A stretch of DNA of 64,000 nt from an uncultured Acidobacteriaceae bacterium (GTDB taxonomy: Bacteria > Acidobacteriota > Terriglobia > Terriglobales > Acidobacteriaceae), in assembly GCA_963758745.1 (NCBI GenBank), contig CAVWWW010000002.1, positions 188,829 through 252,828 on the forward strand, read 5' to 3'. Below are positions 10,752 through 21,695 of this stretch, one piece after another (position 1 is the first letter of the stretch; the number at the start of each line of letters is the position of its first letter). The position numbers were made by a program, and so were the translations under genes. The notes under the pieces were generated by a model that made no database searches, was not told the origin of the DNA, and saw only the letters and a program-made list of their open reading frames with translations.

Positions 10752-11999
10752 ATGATTCCCTCTTATCGCCACGCCTTTAACTCGAAGTTTACTTCTGAAA
10801 AGTACGACCAGTTGCGACGCGAAATGACCTCGCGCTGCGGGATGGAAGTTCCCTTTGCCCTCTGCGAAACCCCTTGCTTTTTTCCCAATGGCCTCGTCGA
10901 GCGTATGTGTGAGGATGGGAAAGCGCTCATCCGGCAGTTAGTAGAAAATCCCGAATATCTCGCCCCCTCAGAGGCCTCGATTCCAGCCAGGTTCCGCGTG
11001 CCAAACGAACCTCACCACCCCATGTTTATCCAGGTTGACTTCGGGCTGGTGCGGGATTCGGCTGGCGGGTTACAGCCCGAGTCAAAGCCAGATTTAGAGA
11101 CAAAGTTAGAGATAGAGTTAGGGAAACAGTTGCAACCCAAGTTAGTAGAGTTACAAGCCTTCCCTTCCCTTTACGCGTATCAGCCGGTTTTGGCGCAGAC
11201 TTACATCGACGTATTTGGACTCGACCCCAAGCTTCGCTACTTTCTGAGCGGCCTCGATTCCACTGCTTACAGGCGACTCTTGCAGGATGCAATCGTTGCG
11301 GACCACGATCCAGCGCATGTCGTATTGATGGAAGTGCATCCAGAGCAGCAGAAGACGCGCCCCGATTTTCTGCTTACTGAAAAGCTGCTCGGCATTCGCA
11401 CCGTGTGCATCACCAAGATTCGCAAACAGGGGCGGCGGCTTTTTTACGAAGAGGGCGGCACACAGGTCCCGATCGAGCGGATTTATAACCGGACTATTGT
11501 CGATGAACTTGAACGCAAAGGCGTGACTTTGCCCTTCGATTTTCGCGATGAACTGGATGTTGAATGGGCCGGGCACCCAAATTGGTATTTTCGCATCAGC
11601 AAATATTCGATTCCTTACTTGAAGCATCCATCAGTCCCGCGCACCTGGTTTCTCGATCAACTAAGAGATGTACCCACGGATCTCGATAACTTTGTGCTCA
11701 AGCCGCTCTATTCGTTTGCCGGGTTGGGCGTGCTGATTGCGCCCTCGCGCGCCGACATTGATGCCATTCCGACGGAGAAACGTAGCCAGTATATTTTGCA
11801 GGAGCGATTGAACTTCACTCCGGTCGTTGACACTCCCTACGGACTCACTAAAGTAGAATTGCGGATTATGTATATATGGCTCGACCACTTAATGCCGGTC
11901 ATGACCATAGCACGCATGGGACGCGGCCTGATGATGGGCGTGGATCAAAACAAGAATATGGAGTGGGTCGGTTCGTCAGCCGCCCTCATCAGTGGATAG
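10752..11999 (+). CDS. Conserved hypothetical protein, possibly an ATP-grasp-like (circularly permuted type) ligase
   Basis: 415-aa ORF co-directional with the ligase/peptidase genes. The segment FIQVDFGLVRD..G..KLVELQAFPSLYAY resembles the strand-loop pattern of ATP-grasp enzymes. The coding call is firm; the function is weak. Confidence 0.5.
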   Translation: MIPSYRHAFNSKFTSEKYDQLRREMTSRCGMEVPFALCETPCFFPNGLVERMCEDGKALIRQLVENPEYLAPSEASIPARFRVPNEPHHPMFIQVDFGLVRDSAGGLQPESKPDLETKLEIELGKQLQPKLVELQAFPSLYAYQPVLAQTYIDVFGLDPKLRYFLSGLDSTAYRRLLQDAIVADHDPAHVVLMEVHPEQQKTRPDFLLTEKLLGIRTVCITKIRKQGRRLFYEEGGTQVPIERIYNRTIVDELERKGVTLPFDFRDELDVEWAGHPNWYFRISKYSIPYLKHPSVPRTWFLDQLRDVPTDLDNFVLKPLYSFAGLGVLIAPSRADIDAIPTEKRSQYILQERLNFTPVVDTPYGLTKVELRIMYIWLDHLMPVMTIARMGRGLMMGVDQNKNMEWVGSSAALISG

Positions 12000-12120
12000 C
12001 TTTTGCAACTCCCTCATCATCCAATCTTCCTTCTTTTTATCATCCTGACTCGGTTGACCCAGCCGCGCTGACCGCCTAACATTACGCCTTCGTGGTCATG
12101 CGCGCCCGCGCCACACTTCT

Positions 12121-14608
12121 ATGGAGATCGTTGGACAAACGGTATCCCATTATCGCGTGCTATCCAAGCTCGGCGGCGGCGGAATGGGAGTTGTTTATGA
12201 AGCTGAAGATCTCCGCCTCGGCCGGCATGTCGCTTTGAAGTTCATTCCCGAGCATTTAGCGCAGGATAGACGAGCCCTGGAACGGTTTATGCGCGAAGCG
12301 CGAGCTGCATCGCAGCTCAACCATGCGAATATCTGCACCATCCATGACATTGAGGACAACAACGGCCATCCCTTCATTGTCATGGAAAAGCTCGAAGGCG
12401 AAAGCCTGAAGCAGCGCATCCATGGCAAGCCCCTCGAACTCGAAGACCTTCTCGATATAGCGGTGCAAGTGGCTGACGCGCTCGCCGCGTCTCATGCCAA
12501 GGGCATTGTGCACCGCGACATCAAGCCGGCAAATATCTTTCTGACTCCCGAACGGTCAGGTAAAGATTCTGGACTTTGGTCTCGCCAAACTCGCCAAAGA
12601 TCAGACTCTCGGCATGACCACCGACTCATCGCTTGAGGAATCCCTGACCCAAGTGGGCGTTATCCCCGGGACAGCAGTTTATATGTCGCCGGAACAGGCG
12701 CGCTCGGAAGACTTGGACGTGCGCAGCGACATATTTTCCTTCGGCGTAGTGCTCTTCGAGATGGCCACCGGCAAGAAGCCTTTCACCGGAACAAACGTAG
12801 TCATGACGCTGCATGCGGTCATGAACTCCAAGCCAGCCTCTCCCCGCTCGATCAATCCCGCCGTGCCCGCCGAACTCGAAGCCATCATCGGCAAAGCGAT
12901 GGAGAAAGATCGCAACCAACGCTACCGGAACGCAGCGGAAATGAAGGCTGCATTGGTGCAGTTGAAGAAAGGAACGGAGCCGCTCCTGCGAAGCGGGCTT
13001 CGCCAGGTCGGAGTACGTGGATCAACGCGCACATTTCAGAAGCGAAGTTCGACGCTCAACTGGATCTTGCTCGGCTTGGCGGCGTTGCTGTTGACCGTAG
13101 CAACGGCAGTAGGCGCGTGGTGGCTCAAACATCGCGTAAAACCAGTACAGGCGAGTAATCGTACCATCGCGGTTCTACCCTTGATGAACATTAACAATGA
13201 TCCGGAGAGTGAGTTTCTGCGATTTGCCCTGGCCGACGAGATTGCAAACGCTTTGACTTATACCCATTCCCTGGAGATTCGGCCGTCAACCTCCACCCAA
13301 AAATATGTCAACGGAGAAGCGGACCCGGCGAAAGCTGGACGTGAATTGGGCGTAGGCACGGTCGTCACAGGACATTTCGTGCGCCAGAACAATAACTTGC
13401 TGGTCACTCTGGAAGCCGTGGAGGTAAAAGATGACAGACTGCTCTGGACGGGCACTCTCACCTCGACGACCGATAACTTGATTGCTTTACAAAACCAGAT
13501 GGCAAAGAAAGTACGCCAGGAGTTGGTGCCGGCGCTGGGCATTTCGCGCGAAACCGTCGAACCCAGCAGCGCGCCCGTGAATCGCGATGCTTATAACGCT
13601 TATTTGCGCACACTAGCGATGTCGCACGATGGAGCCGCAAATAAGGAGGCTATTGCGTCGCTCGAGCGAGCGGTGAAACTCGATCCTAATTATGCGCCGG
13701 CCTGGGAAGCGCTCGGACGACGCTACTACTTCGACGCCATCTATTCGGGCGGCGGGGCTGCGGGATATCAGCGATCGAATGCAGCTCTGCAGCTCGCTCT
13801 CGCAATCGAACCCGGACGAGTAGGCGCGGCTGCATTCCTGGCTACCAATGAGGTCGAGTCCGGCAACCTGGACAAGGCTTACAGTGACGCCCGCGCCTTG
13901 GTCGAGAGGCGCCCCGATAGTGCGCTGGCGCATTATTCCCTGGCCTATGTCTCGCGTTATGCCGGCCTTCTGAATGAGGCGCAGAGCGAATGCGATAAGG
14001 CATTGTCCATCGATCCGAAGAATTACAATTGGCGTTCGTGCTCGTTTGCATTTTTCGAGCAGGGCAAATCGGCTCGCGCCATGGATTATCTTGACCTCGA
14101 CGCGGGATCGGAGTGGTCGAACGCGGTGCGAGCTTCGGTTTTGATACGGGAGGGGAAGATGGCCGAAGCGCGGCAGGCCGTGCAGCAGATACCGGAAAAT
14201 CCGATGTGGATGCGAGAACTGCTGCAGGCATGCCTGAACAAGGCGCCCGCAAAGGACATTCACCGGCTGGCCGTGTCGGCAGAGAATGAATTATTGCCGG
14301 AACAGGATTCAGAATTGAAGTACTACCAGGGTGCTTTGCTCGCAGCCTGCGGTGAGAAGCAAACCGCGCTCGATTTCCTGCGCAAGGCCGTAGCCGAGAA
14401 CTATTGTGCGGAACAGGCACTGCAATCAGATCCTCTTTGGGCGAATCTGCGCAGCGATGCCGACTTCCGGCAGATTGTGCAACTGGCGGCGGCTTGCCAA
14501 CAGAAGTTCAAGGCTGCGCAGGGGATGAGCCAAGTAACCACTTGCCAGAATATGCTTGCGCCTTTCTTTGGGGACACTCCATCCGATGATAATGTTTCCG
14601 ATGTCTAA
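12121..14608 (+). pseudogene. Ser/Thr protein kinase with transmembrane segment and C-terminal TPR-like sensor domain; +1 frame break at about 12553
   Basis: [16 protein letters not shown] and [14 protein letters not shown] are followed in the +1 frame by [13 protein letters not shown]...GTAVYMSPEQ. This splits the kinase core between subdomains VIb and VII. A TM helix (WILLGLAALLLTVATAVGAWWL) and TPR-like repeats follow. ORF pieces are 12121-12636 and 12614-14608. Confidence 0.8.
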
Positions 14609-14612
14609 GAAA

Positions 14613-17444
14613 ATGTCTAGGAAATCAGAATTTAAGTTAGTCGCGGGATCGCTTTGCTGCCCCCCTCTTGCTGGTGCTCCTGTTGGCATCAACCGCTGTA
14701 TTCGCTGCCCCACAGACAGCCGACAAGAACCCCGCCGATCATAAGCCTGATCGTTATTACGACCCGCTGCCCCAGGAAACGGGCGTCGCGGGGCTGAAAC
14801 TGCTGCTGCGGCAGTTGCAAACCACAGCGCGTTTGATGCAGACGACGGCCCATCCTGATGACGAAGATGGCGGAATGTTGACACTAGAAGCGCGCGGCAA
14901 AGGCGTCTCGACGTTACTCATGACACTCACGCGCGGCGAAGGCGGCCAAAACAAGTTAGGCAGCAATCTTTTTGATGCCCTCGGCGTTCTGCGAACCCTG
15001 GAACTGCTCGCGGCCGATCGCTATTACGGCGTAGAGCAGCGATTCTCTCGCGTCGCCGATTTTGGATATTCCAAAACCGCCGAAGAAACATTTCAGAAAT
15101 GGCAAGGGCACGATATCGCGCTGGCAGACATGGTGCGCGTGATTCGAACCTTTCGTCCGGATGTCCTGGTGGCGCGATTTTCAGGCACTGATCGCGATGG
15201 CCATGGCCACCATCAGGCTTCGGCGAATATTAACCAAACAGGCTTTTCGCGCAGCCGCCGATCCAAAGCGCTTCCCCGATCAAATTGCCGAAGGCCTTGA
15301 GCCCTGGCAGCCGAAGAAATTGTACATCGGCAATGTATGCGGCTTTGGCGCAATGACCTGCGATGCGCGCAAATTACACCGTCCGCCTCAACACCGGCGT
15401 CGTTGATCCGCTGCTGGGAACATCCTACATTCAATTTGCTTTGCAAGGACTAAGACATCAGGAATCGCAGGGCGTAGGAAGCTTTACCGTTCCTCCCGGC
15501 GACCGCTTCACCTTCTACAAGCTCGTCGATTCCGTCGTAGACTCTCCGAAAGATAAAGATGGACACGAGCAAAGTTTCTTCGATGGCATCGATGAAACTC
15601 TGCCCGCGTTAGCTTCGCGCCTCGGCGACGAGGAAAAAAAGGCGCCATGGCTGCGCGGTGAACTGGACGCAATCGCTTCTGACATAAAGCATGCCACTGA
15701 AAAAAGCGAATCGGACCCCACCGCTGCTGCAGAACCGCTTTCCGACGCAGTCCAGATCCTTGACGCAGCAATCGATCGCCTGCAGACCAGCGGCATCAGC
15801 AACGCAGCCAGGCAGGATGTGCTGCTGCTCCTGCAGGCGAAAGAGCAGGAAGCGCAGAGAGCGGCCAATATCGCCTTCAATGTTCATCTTGACGCCTCGG
15901 TTGTTTCAGGAGCCAATCCCAAAGCAGTTCTGCCATTCAAAGATGCGCTGACCGTAGTTTCCCCAGGGCAAACCTTCCAGCTATTGGCGCGTCTGCACAA
16001 CGCGTCCAATCGCTGGCTGCTCGTGGAAAACGCCCACCTCGAAGGCGGCGAGGGCTGGATTACCCAGGCCGATGTTGGCGAAATGACAATCGGCCCCGGC
16101 CAGGATTACTTTGCCAACTTCGCGCTCAAGGTTCCCGCCGATGCCCGACCAACTCGTCCCTACTGGCATCGCGATAATCCCGAAACGGATGCGGTCAATA
16201 CCGTGGATAATGCAAAGTATCAAACGCTCCCCTTCCCACCCCCTCCGCTACGCGTTCGCGTGCGATACGAAGTCGTCGAACGCACCGGCCGGCATTTGCC
16301 CGTGCCCGACATCATCGGCAGTCGCCGCCCCAACAACGAAGCGGGCACCGACGAAATTTCCGCAACCGTTTTTGTGCCGTTCCTGGAACCGGACGGCACA
16401 CGCTACAAAACACCGCTCACAGTTGCGCCCACATTCTCTGTAGGTCTGGAACCCGGCGAACAAGTCTTGCCCGTGCAGGACGCGAAAGATGTCCTGGTGA
16501 AGGTCGGCTTGAGTTGCAATCGTACCGGAGCTCCGAATGGAACCTTGCATCTTGAATTGCCACCTGGCTGGAAATCAGAGCTAGACCAGTTGCCAGTTGC
16601 TCTTTCCAATCGCGGCGACAAGCAGGACTTTTCCTTCACGCTATTGCCGGCCAGCTTGCGCGAGGGCCGTGTCGAGGTTCGAGCATTGCTCGATGCTGGC
16701 GGCAACAAATACACCGAGGGATATTCCCTGGTTACGCGCGAGGATCTGGGGTCAGCCTACTACTATCAAGCCGCGGTGCAGCACGTCAGCGTCGTCGATG
16801 TGAAGGTACCGAAGAATCTAAAGGTCGGCTACGTCATGGGCGCGGGAGATGACATCCCCACAGTGTTACAACAGATCGGCGTGCACGTAACGCTGATTCC
16901 GCCAGAGAAACTTGCCTCCGAAGATTTAAGCCAGTATCAGACGATTGTGCTCGGCATTCGCGCTTACGATACGCAGAAAGATATAGCCGCCAATAACGCC
17001 AGGCTGCTCGATTACGTAAAGGCGGGCGGACGCCTCGTCGTGCAGTACAACACCCTCAACGCCTCGACCGGAGATTTCAATGCGGGCAAATTCACGCCAT
17101 ATCCGGCAACCCTAAGCCGGGCGCGGGTTTCCGTGGAAGAGGCTCCGATTACGATTCTTGATCCGTCCAATCCGGTTTTTCATTCTCCGAATGAAATTAC
17201 CCAGAAAGATTTCGAGGGGTGGGTACAGGAGCGTGGTCTCTATTTCATGTCGCATTGGGATTCTAATTACACGCCGTTGCTCGAATCGCATGATCCCGGT
17301 GAAGACGAGCAAAAGGGCGGGCTCCTGATCGCGCACTACGGCAAGGGAACTTACATTTACACCGGATACGCATTCTTCCGCCAGTTGCCAGCAGGAGTGC
17401 CGGGAGCGGTGCGGTTATTCGTGAATTTGATCAGCAGTCATTAG
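14613..17444 (+). pseudogene. Large secreted PIG-L/LmbE-family deacetylase; two clear and one probable +1 frame breaks
   Basis: AHPDDEDGG and GHGHHQAS are PIG-L motifs. The sequence continues +1 as ILTKQAFRAAADPKRFPDQIAEGLEPWQPKKLYIGN (about 15226), then +1 again as ANYTVRLNTGVVDPLLG... (about 15368). A basic signal-peptide N-region (MSRKSEFKLVAGSLCCP, ATG 14613) joins LLLVLLLASTAVFAAPQ only if one C of the C6 run at 14660-14665 is removed. Confidence 0.7.
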
Positions 17445-17559
17445 TCGATGCTCTGTCAACGGCGCGGGTCATTGGTCTTTCGCCGAGCAGTTGCAAACAA
17501 GAGAATTGCAACCCCCGGGAATGCATCGCGAACGACCAATGACCAACGAACAATGAACG

Positions 17560-19071
17560 ATGAACAACGACCATCGATCATCGACATCTCACATGACAAC
17601 TTCCCTCGAAGACGAATCCGGCGCCAAGCCTCAACTTGTCCGCGGCATCGGTCTCCGTTCTGCGACCGCGCTGAACATGATCGATATGATCGGCGTCGGA
17701 CCGTTCATTACGATTCCACTCATCGTCACCGTGATGGGTGGTCCGCAGGCCATGCTGGGATGGATCTTCGGCGCAGTGCTCGCCATTTGCGATGGCCTGG
17801 TCTGGGCGGAACTCGGCGCAGCCATGCCCGGCTCCGGCGGATCGTATCGATATTTAAAAGAGATCTACGGTCCACAGAAATTGGGTCGCGCCGTTTCGTT
17901 TCTCTTTATCTGGCAACTATCCTTCAGCGCTCCGCTGTCGATCGCCTCAGGAGCGGTAGGCCTCTCTCAATATGCATCCTTCTTCTCTCCAAGATTGGAG
18001 CGAGTCTGGGCAACTCGCACATTAACTCTGAATATCCCGCTGCTCGGCCCTCTTCAGGCGACCTGGACGGCAATGCCGGCCACTCTGCTAGCCATCGGAG
18101 TTTGCCTATTGACAGCCTTTCTCCTTTACCGGCGCATCACGGCAATCTCACGCCTTTCGACGCTGCTTTGGGCAGGCGTGATGGCGACCATCGGTTGGAT
18201 CATCTTCGCCGGACTCACGCATTTCAACGCCCGCCAGGCATTTGATTTTCCTCCAGGCGCATTCTCACTTTCGCGAAACTTTTTTCGCGGCCTGGGCGGA
18301 GCCATGCTGATCGCCGCCTATGACATTGGCGGCTACTACAACGTTTGCTTCCTCGGCGACGAGGTCAAAGAGCCGGCGAAGAATATCCCGCGAGCGCTCT
18401 TCCTTTCCATTCTGGCCGTGGTATGTCTTTACATCTTGATGAACGTGAGCATTCTCGGCGTCATCCCATGGCGCGAACTCGCCCGTTCAGGCGCGGCGAA
18501 CAGCAAGCTCTACGTGGTCTCAACGCTGATGGAAAGAGTCTACGGCCACGCCGCAGGGTCGATCATCTCCGTGCTGGTGATGTGGACGGCCTTCGCTTCC
18601 GTCTTCTCGCTGACCTTGGGGTATTCGCGAGTTCCCTATGCGGCGGCGCTAGACGGAAATTATTTTCGCGTCTTCGCGCGCGTCCATCCTGTTTACCGAA
18701 TTCCTTATATCTCCGTACTCGCGCTAGCAGCAGTGGCGGCGCTCTTCTGCTTTCTGCGCCTGGCAGATTTAATTGCCGCCCTGGTGGTGGTTCGCATTCT
18801 TCTGCAATACCTGGTACAAGCTGTCGGAGTCATCGTCCTGCGCATACGCAGGCCCGATATGCCAAGGCCATTTCGCATGTGGCTTTATCCCGTGCCAGCG
18901 CTGGTAGCGGCAACCAGCTTCATTTTTATCCTGATTTCTCGCACCGGATTCCTGCGTGAGATTCGCTACGCCGCGGTGATCCTCGTGGCAGGAGTTGTTG
19001 TTTATTGCGTCCGGGCCTGGCGGCGCAGGGAGTGGCCGTTCGCCGAAGGGTCATTGGTCGCCGGTAGTTAG
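17560..19071 (+). CDS. APC-superfamily amino acid permease
   Basis: 503 aa with about 12 hydrophobic helices. The N-terminal IDMIGVGPFITIP and GSGGSYRYL are typical of APC transporters. An alternative start is ATG 17593. Confidence 0.8.
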   Translation: MNNDHRSSTSHMTTSLEDESGAKPQLVRGIGLRSATALNMIDMIGVGPFITIPLIVTVMGGPQAMLGWIFGAVLAICDGLVWAELGAAMPGSGGSYRYLKEIYGPQKLGRAVSFLFIWQLSFSAPLSIASGAVGLSQYASFFSPRLERVWATRTLTLNIPLLGPLQATWTAMPATLLAIGVCLLTAFLLYRRITAISRLSTLLWAGVMATIGWIIFAGLTHFNARQAFDFPPGAFSLSRNFFRGLGGAMLIAAYDIGGYYNVCFLGDEVKEPAKNIPRALFLSILAVVCLYILMNVSILGVIPWRELARSGAANSKLYVVSTLMERVYGHAAGSIISVLVMWTAFASVFSLTLGYSRVPYAAALDGNYFRVFARVHPVYRIPYISVLALAAVAALFCFLRLADLIAALVVVRILLQYLVQAVGVIVLRIRRPDMPRPFRMWLYPVPALVAATSFIFILISRTGFLREIRYAAVILVAGVVVYCVRAWRRREWPFAEGSLVAGS

Positions 19072-19102
19072 TCGTGAGTTAACTTTTCTTGGAGGAAAAC
19101 AA

Positions 19103-19666
19103 ATGAAAACGATCACTGCTGTCGTAGGAACGCTGCTTGTCTTATGCAGTGTTGTGTTAGCGCAATCGCAGGCAAAAGAAGAAAAGAAAACCATCAGCCA
19201 GGTGCTCGATAGCAGCCTCAAGAACGCGGAAAAAGATTTTGTTCCCGCGGCCGAGGCAATGCCCGAGGAAAAATACAACTTCGCGCCCACCAACGGCGAA
19301 TTCAAAGGGGTTCGCACATTCGGAGAACAAGTCAAGCACGTGGCCGCCAGTAACTACCTGATTGGTGCCCATATTCTTGGCGAAAAGCCGCCCGTCGACA
19401 CCAACAACGGAAAAGGCCCCGACAGCATAAAGTCGAAGGCCGACATACTGCAGTTCGTGAAAAGCTCTTTCGCCTATGCCCACAAGGCAGTCGCCACCAT
19501 TACCGATGCAAATGCCCTGGAACCGATTTCCTCTTCTGACGGCAAGTCAAAGACCACGCGACTCAGCGTAGCCATGATCTTCTCCTGGCATTGCTTCGAC
19601 CACTACGGATAAATGGTCGACTATCTGCGCATGAATGGAATCGTGCCTCCGGCCAGCCGACAGTAG
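19103..19666 (+). pseudogene. DinB-family (DinB_2-like) protein with signal peptide; in-frame TAA at 19610-19612
   Basis: GGAGG lies 7 nt upstream of ATG 19103. The sequence ...[32 protein letters not shown] shows that the conserved DinB C-terminus (HYGQ..YLR.NGIVPP) continues in the same frame after the stop. Confidence 0.65.
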
Positions 19667-19733
19667 GGAGCTATTCTCTTGCGCCTGGATGAGAATTACG
19701 GGACTTATGCCAATTGCAGGGGGCTAAGAAAAC

Positions 19734-19765
19734 GAGGGTTCAATGCAATTCAAACCCTTATTTTC
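19734..19765. terminator. Possible bidirectional hairpin terminator between convergent DinB and thrB
   Basis: AGGGTT (19734-19739) pairs with AACCCT (19752-19757) around a 12-nt loop. It is followed by TATTTTCT on the + strand and by CGTTTTCTT on the - strand. The stem is short, so support is weak. Confidence 0.35.
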
Positions 19766-20723
19766 TCGCCGACCCGTGGTGCTTCTTCCAGTCCGCTCCG
19801 TCGCGCCCGCCGTGCATAGCGATCTGCGTGAGGATCAGCTCGGCCGTAAGCCGGCGCTTGGTAAGGTGGGCAGCAATTCGCTGTTTGGCTCTTTTCGTTG
19901 GAACTTTCGGGTCAAGGAAAACAAGCACAGATGGTCCCGCTCCGCTCAGGGCCGCGCCGAGAATGCCAGACTCTCCCGTGAGTTCTTTGATTGCAGGCAG
20001 AAGCGGCGACAACGGCGCTCGATAAGGCTGATGGATGCGGTCTTCGAGAGCCGAAGGAAGCAGGTCAGGACGGTCCTGCGTAAATGCAGCCAATAGCAGC
20101 ATCGAATTCTGAATATTCGTAACCGCGTCGGCGCGCGAATACTGAAACGGCAATACGCGCCGAGCCTGCTCTGTCGAAAGCGGGGCATCGGGCACTGCCA
20201 GCAGCAGTGGCCACTTCCCTTTCGGCTTCACCTCGACCACCTGCGCCTGCACCTGATTAGCCATGCGAGCCACCGCCAGCGCCCCCATCCAGCAGGCGGC
20301 CGCGTTGTCCGGATGATGCTCTCGCATCGACGCCTCACCCACAATGCGATCATTCTTCCAGCGCAGATGCCCAAAGTGTACGGCTAGCGCAATCCCAGCG
20401 AGCCGCGCCGCCGCCGATGATCCGCAACCGCGCCCAATAGGAATCTCGTTTTCAATGTGAATACGCAATGGTGCGATCTTGCGATTCTCCGACTCCAGCA
20501 CCTCGCAATAAGTGGTAACGATGAGGTGGTTCTCCATGCGGCTGCAGATTTGCGCATCGCGCCCTTCAGCCGTGATAAAGAAGTCAGGCGCGCGCTCAGC
20601 CCGCAAACGGACGTGAAAGTCCAGCGCCAGGGCCGCGGCGTCAAAAGCCGGTCCCAGGTTAGCGGAGGTCGCTGGCAACGCCAGGCGCAGCGAGCGGTCT
20701 AAAGATGCGGGGCGTGAAGGCAT
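19758..20723 (-). CDS. thrB: Homoserine kinase
   Basis: ATSANLGPAFD, the GHMP-kinase motif PIGRGCGSSAA, and LSGAGPSV. Confidence 0.85.
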   Translation of the reverse strand: MPSRPASLDRSLRLALPATSANLGPAFDAAALALDFHVRLRAERAPDFFITAEGRDAQICSRMENHLIVTTYCEVLESENRKIAPLRIHIENEIPIGRGCGSSAAARLAGIALAVHFGHLRWKNDRIVGEASMREHHPDNAAACWMGALAVARMANQVQAQVVEVKPKGKWPLLLAVPDAPLSTEQARRVLPFQYSRADAVTNIQNSMLLLAAFTQDRPDLLPSALEDRIHQPYRAPLSPLLPAIKELTGESGILGAALSGAGPSVLVFLDPKVPTKRAKQRIAAHLTKRRLTAELILTQIAMHGGRDGADWKKHHGSARK

Positions 20724-21095
20724 AGGTTACGGAACAACTCCTTGCAGCCGAAAGCAATCTGAAATATTAGAAATGAAAGGCTTTAGCTGGATCTGGCCCA
20801 ATCAGAAATAGCCTACGATCGGCACTTACGTTGAACTGTGTTTTATACACGAGTTTCGAAGGAACTGCTACGAATTTCTCCGATTATCCCTTTGGCAAGA
20901 CCAGGCGCTGGCGAATCCCAGAATGAGATTCCCGTGGCGAGATGGGTACCGTGGAACGAGCGGCGCGTTACAATACACTTTGCTATGAATAGGTAATCTG
21001 TATCTATTACCTTCGCAAGTTTGCGGGACATTCGGTGGATTCATATTCTTGACTCACTCCTCCGATGACTAAATTTGTAGACGGGAGAACCACCC

Positions 21096-21392
21096 ATGGT
21101 TTGGACAGAGAAACTAGGTCCTAATCCCACCCCGGAAGAGAAACTGGTTTTTCAGGCACTAGACGATCCCCACTGGAGTTGGCGTACCCCACACGGTATT
21201 GCTGATTCTGCCGGTTTGGATGTTGACACCGTGAAGTCTATCCTGTTGCATCACCGCGATCTCATCAGAATAAATGTATCCAAGGAGTTCGGGCCAATTT
21301 TTCAACTCATCGAAAGGAACGATCCGCCCGAAGAGAAATTTATTGATAAAGCACTCGACTACCTGTCTATGGGCCGACGCCGCATCGCCTAG
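21096..21392 (+). CDS. Hypothetical soluble protein (98 aa), first gene of a two-gene insertion between thrB and thrC
   Basis: GGGAGA lies 9 nt upstream of the ATG. I recognise no family. It directly abuts the next ORF (TAG-ATG at 21390-21395). Confidence 0.5.
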   Translation: MVWTEKLGPNPTPEEKLVFQALDDPHWSWRTPHGIADSAGLDVDTVKSILLHHRDLIRINVSKEFGPIFQLIERNDPPEEKFIDKALDYLSMGRRRIA

Positions 21393-21695
21393 ATGATTCT
21401 CACATCGAGGTGTTGGATTTTTGTGGCCGCTTTCGCTGGTGGCTGCCTTGGGGAATTCCTGACTTTGTATGAAGAAAGTCGCAATGATCCTAACGCCAGA
21501 AAAAAGAGGAGCCGCGATTCCTTTTATTGGGCAATGAGCTTTGAGATGGCTCTACTTGGTGGAGCGATTGCAATCCTTTACGATTTTGAAAAGATTAACG
21601 TATTCGCGGCGGTCAATATTGGTGCATCTGCGCCGGTGCTCATCAAAAGCGGGTTTGCCTCCTTCGCGCCTTCTGCCAAACCACCTATGTCTTAG
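21393..21695 (+). CDS. Hypothetical small membrane protein (100 aa, about three TM helices)
   Basis: Hydrophobic segments are CWIFVAAFAGGCLGEFLTL, FYWAMSFEMALLGGAIAILY and INVFAAVNIGASAPVLI, with a basic loop (ARKKRSRD). It ends 2 nt before the thrC stop. Confidence 0.5.
   Translation: MILTSRCWIFVAAFAGGCLGEFLTLYEESRNDPNARKKRSRDSFYWAMSFEMALLGGAIAILYDFEKINVFAAVNIGASAPVLIKSGFASFAPSAKPPMS

Noticed and set aside
19610-19612. Stop-codon reassignment (TAA at 19610, TAG at 55262 read as sense).
   Set aside because: TAA, TAG and TGA all terminate many well-conserved genes in the window at the expected protein ends (e.g. thrB TAA, the PLP enzyme TAG, the 1-789 surface protein TGA), so the standard code applies.
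20843-21031. A 62-aa ORF on the - strand in the thrB upstream region.
   Set aside because: It has no ribosome-binding site, no recognisable motif and atypical composition. It sits in the AT-rich divergent promoter region and is probably non-coding.
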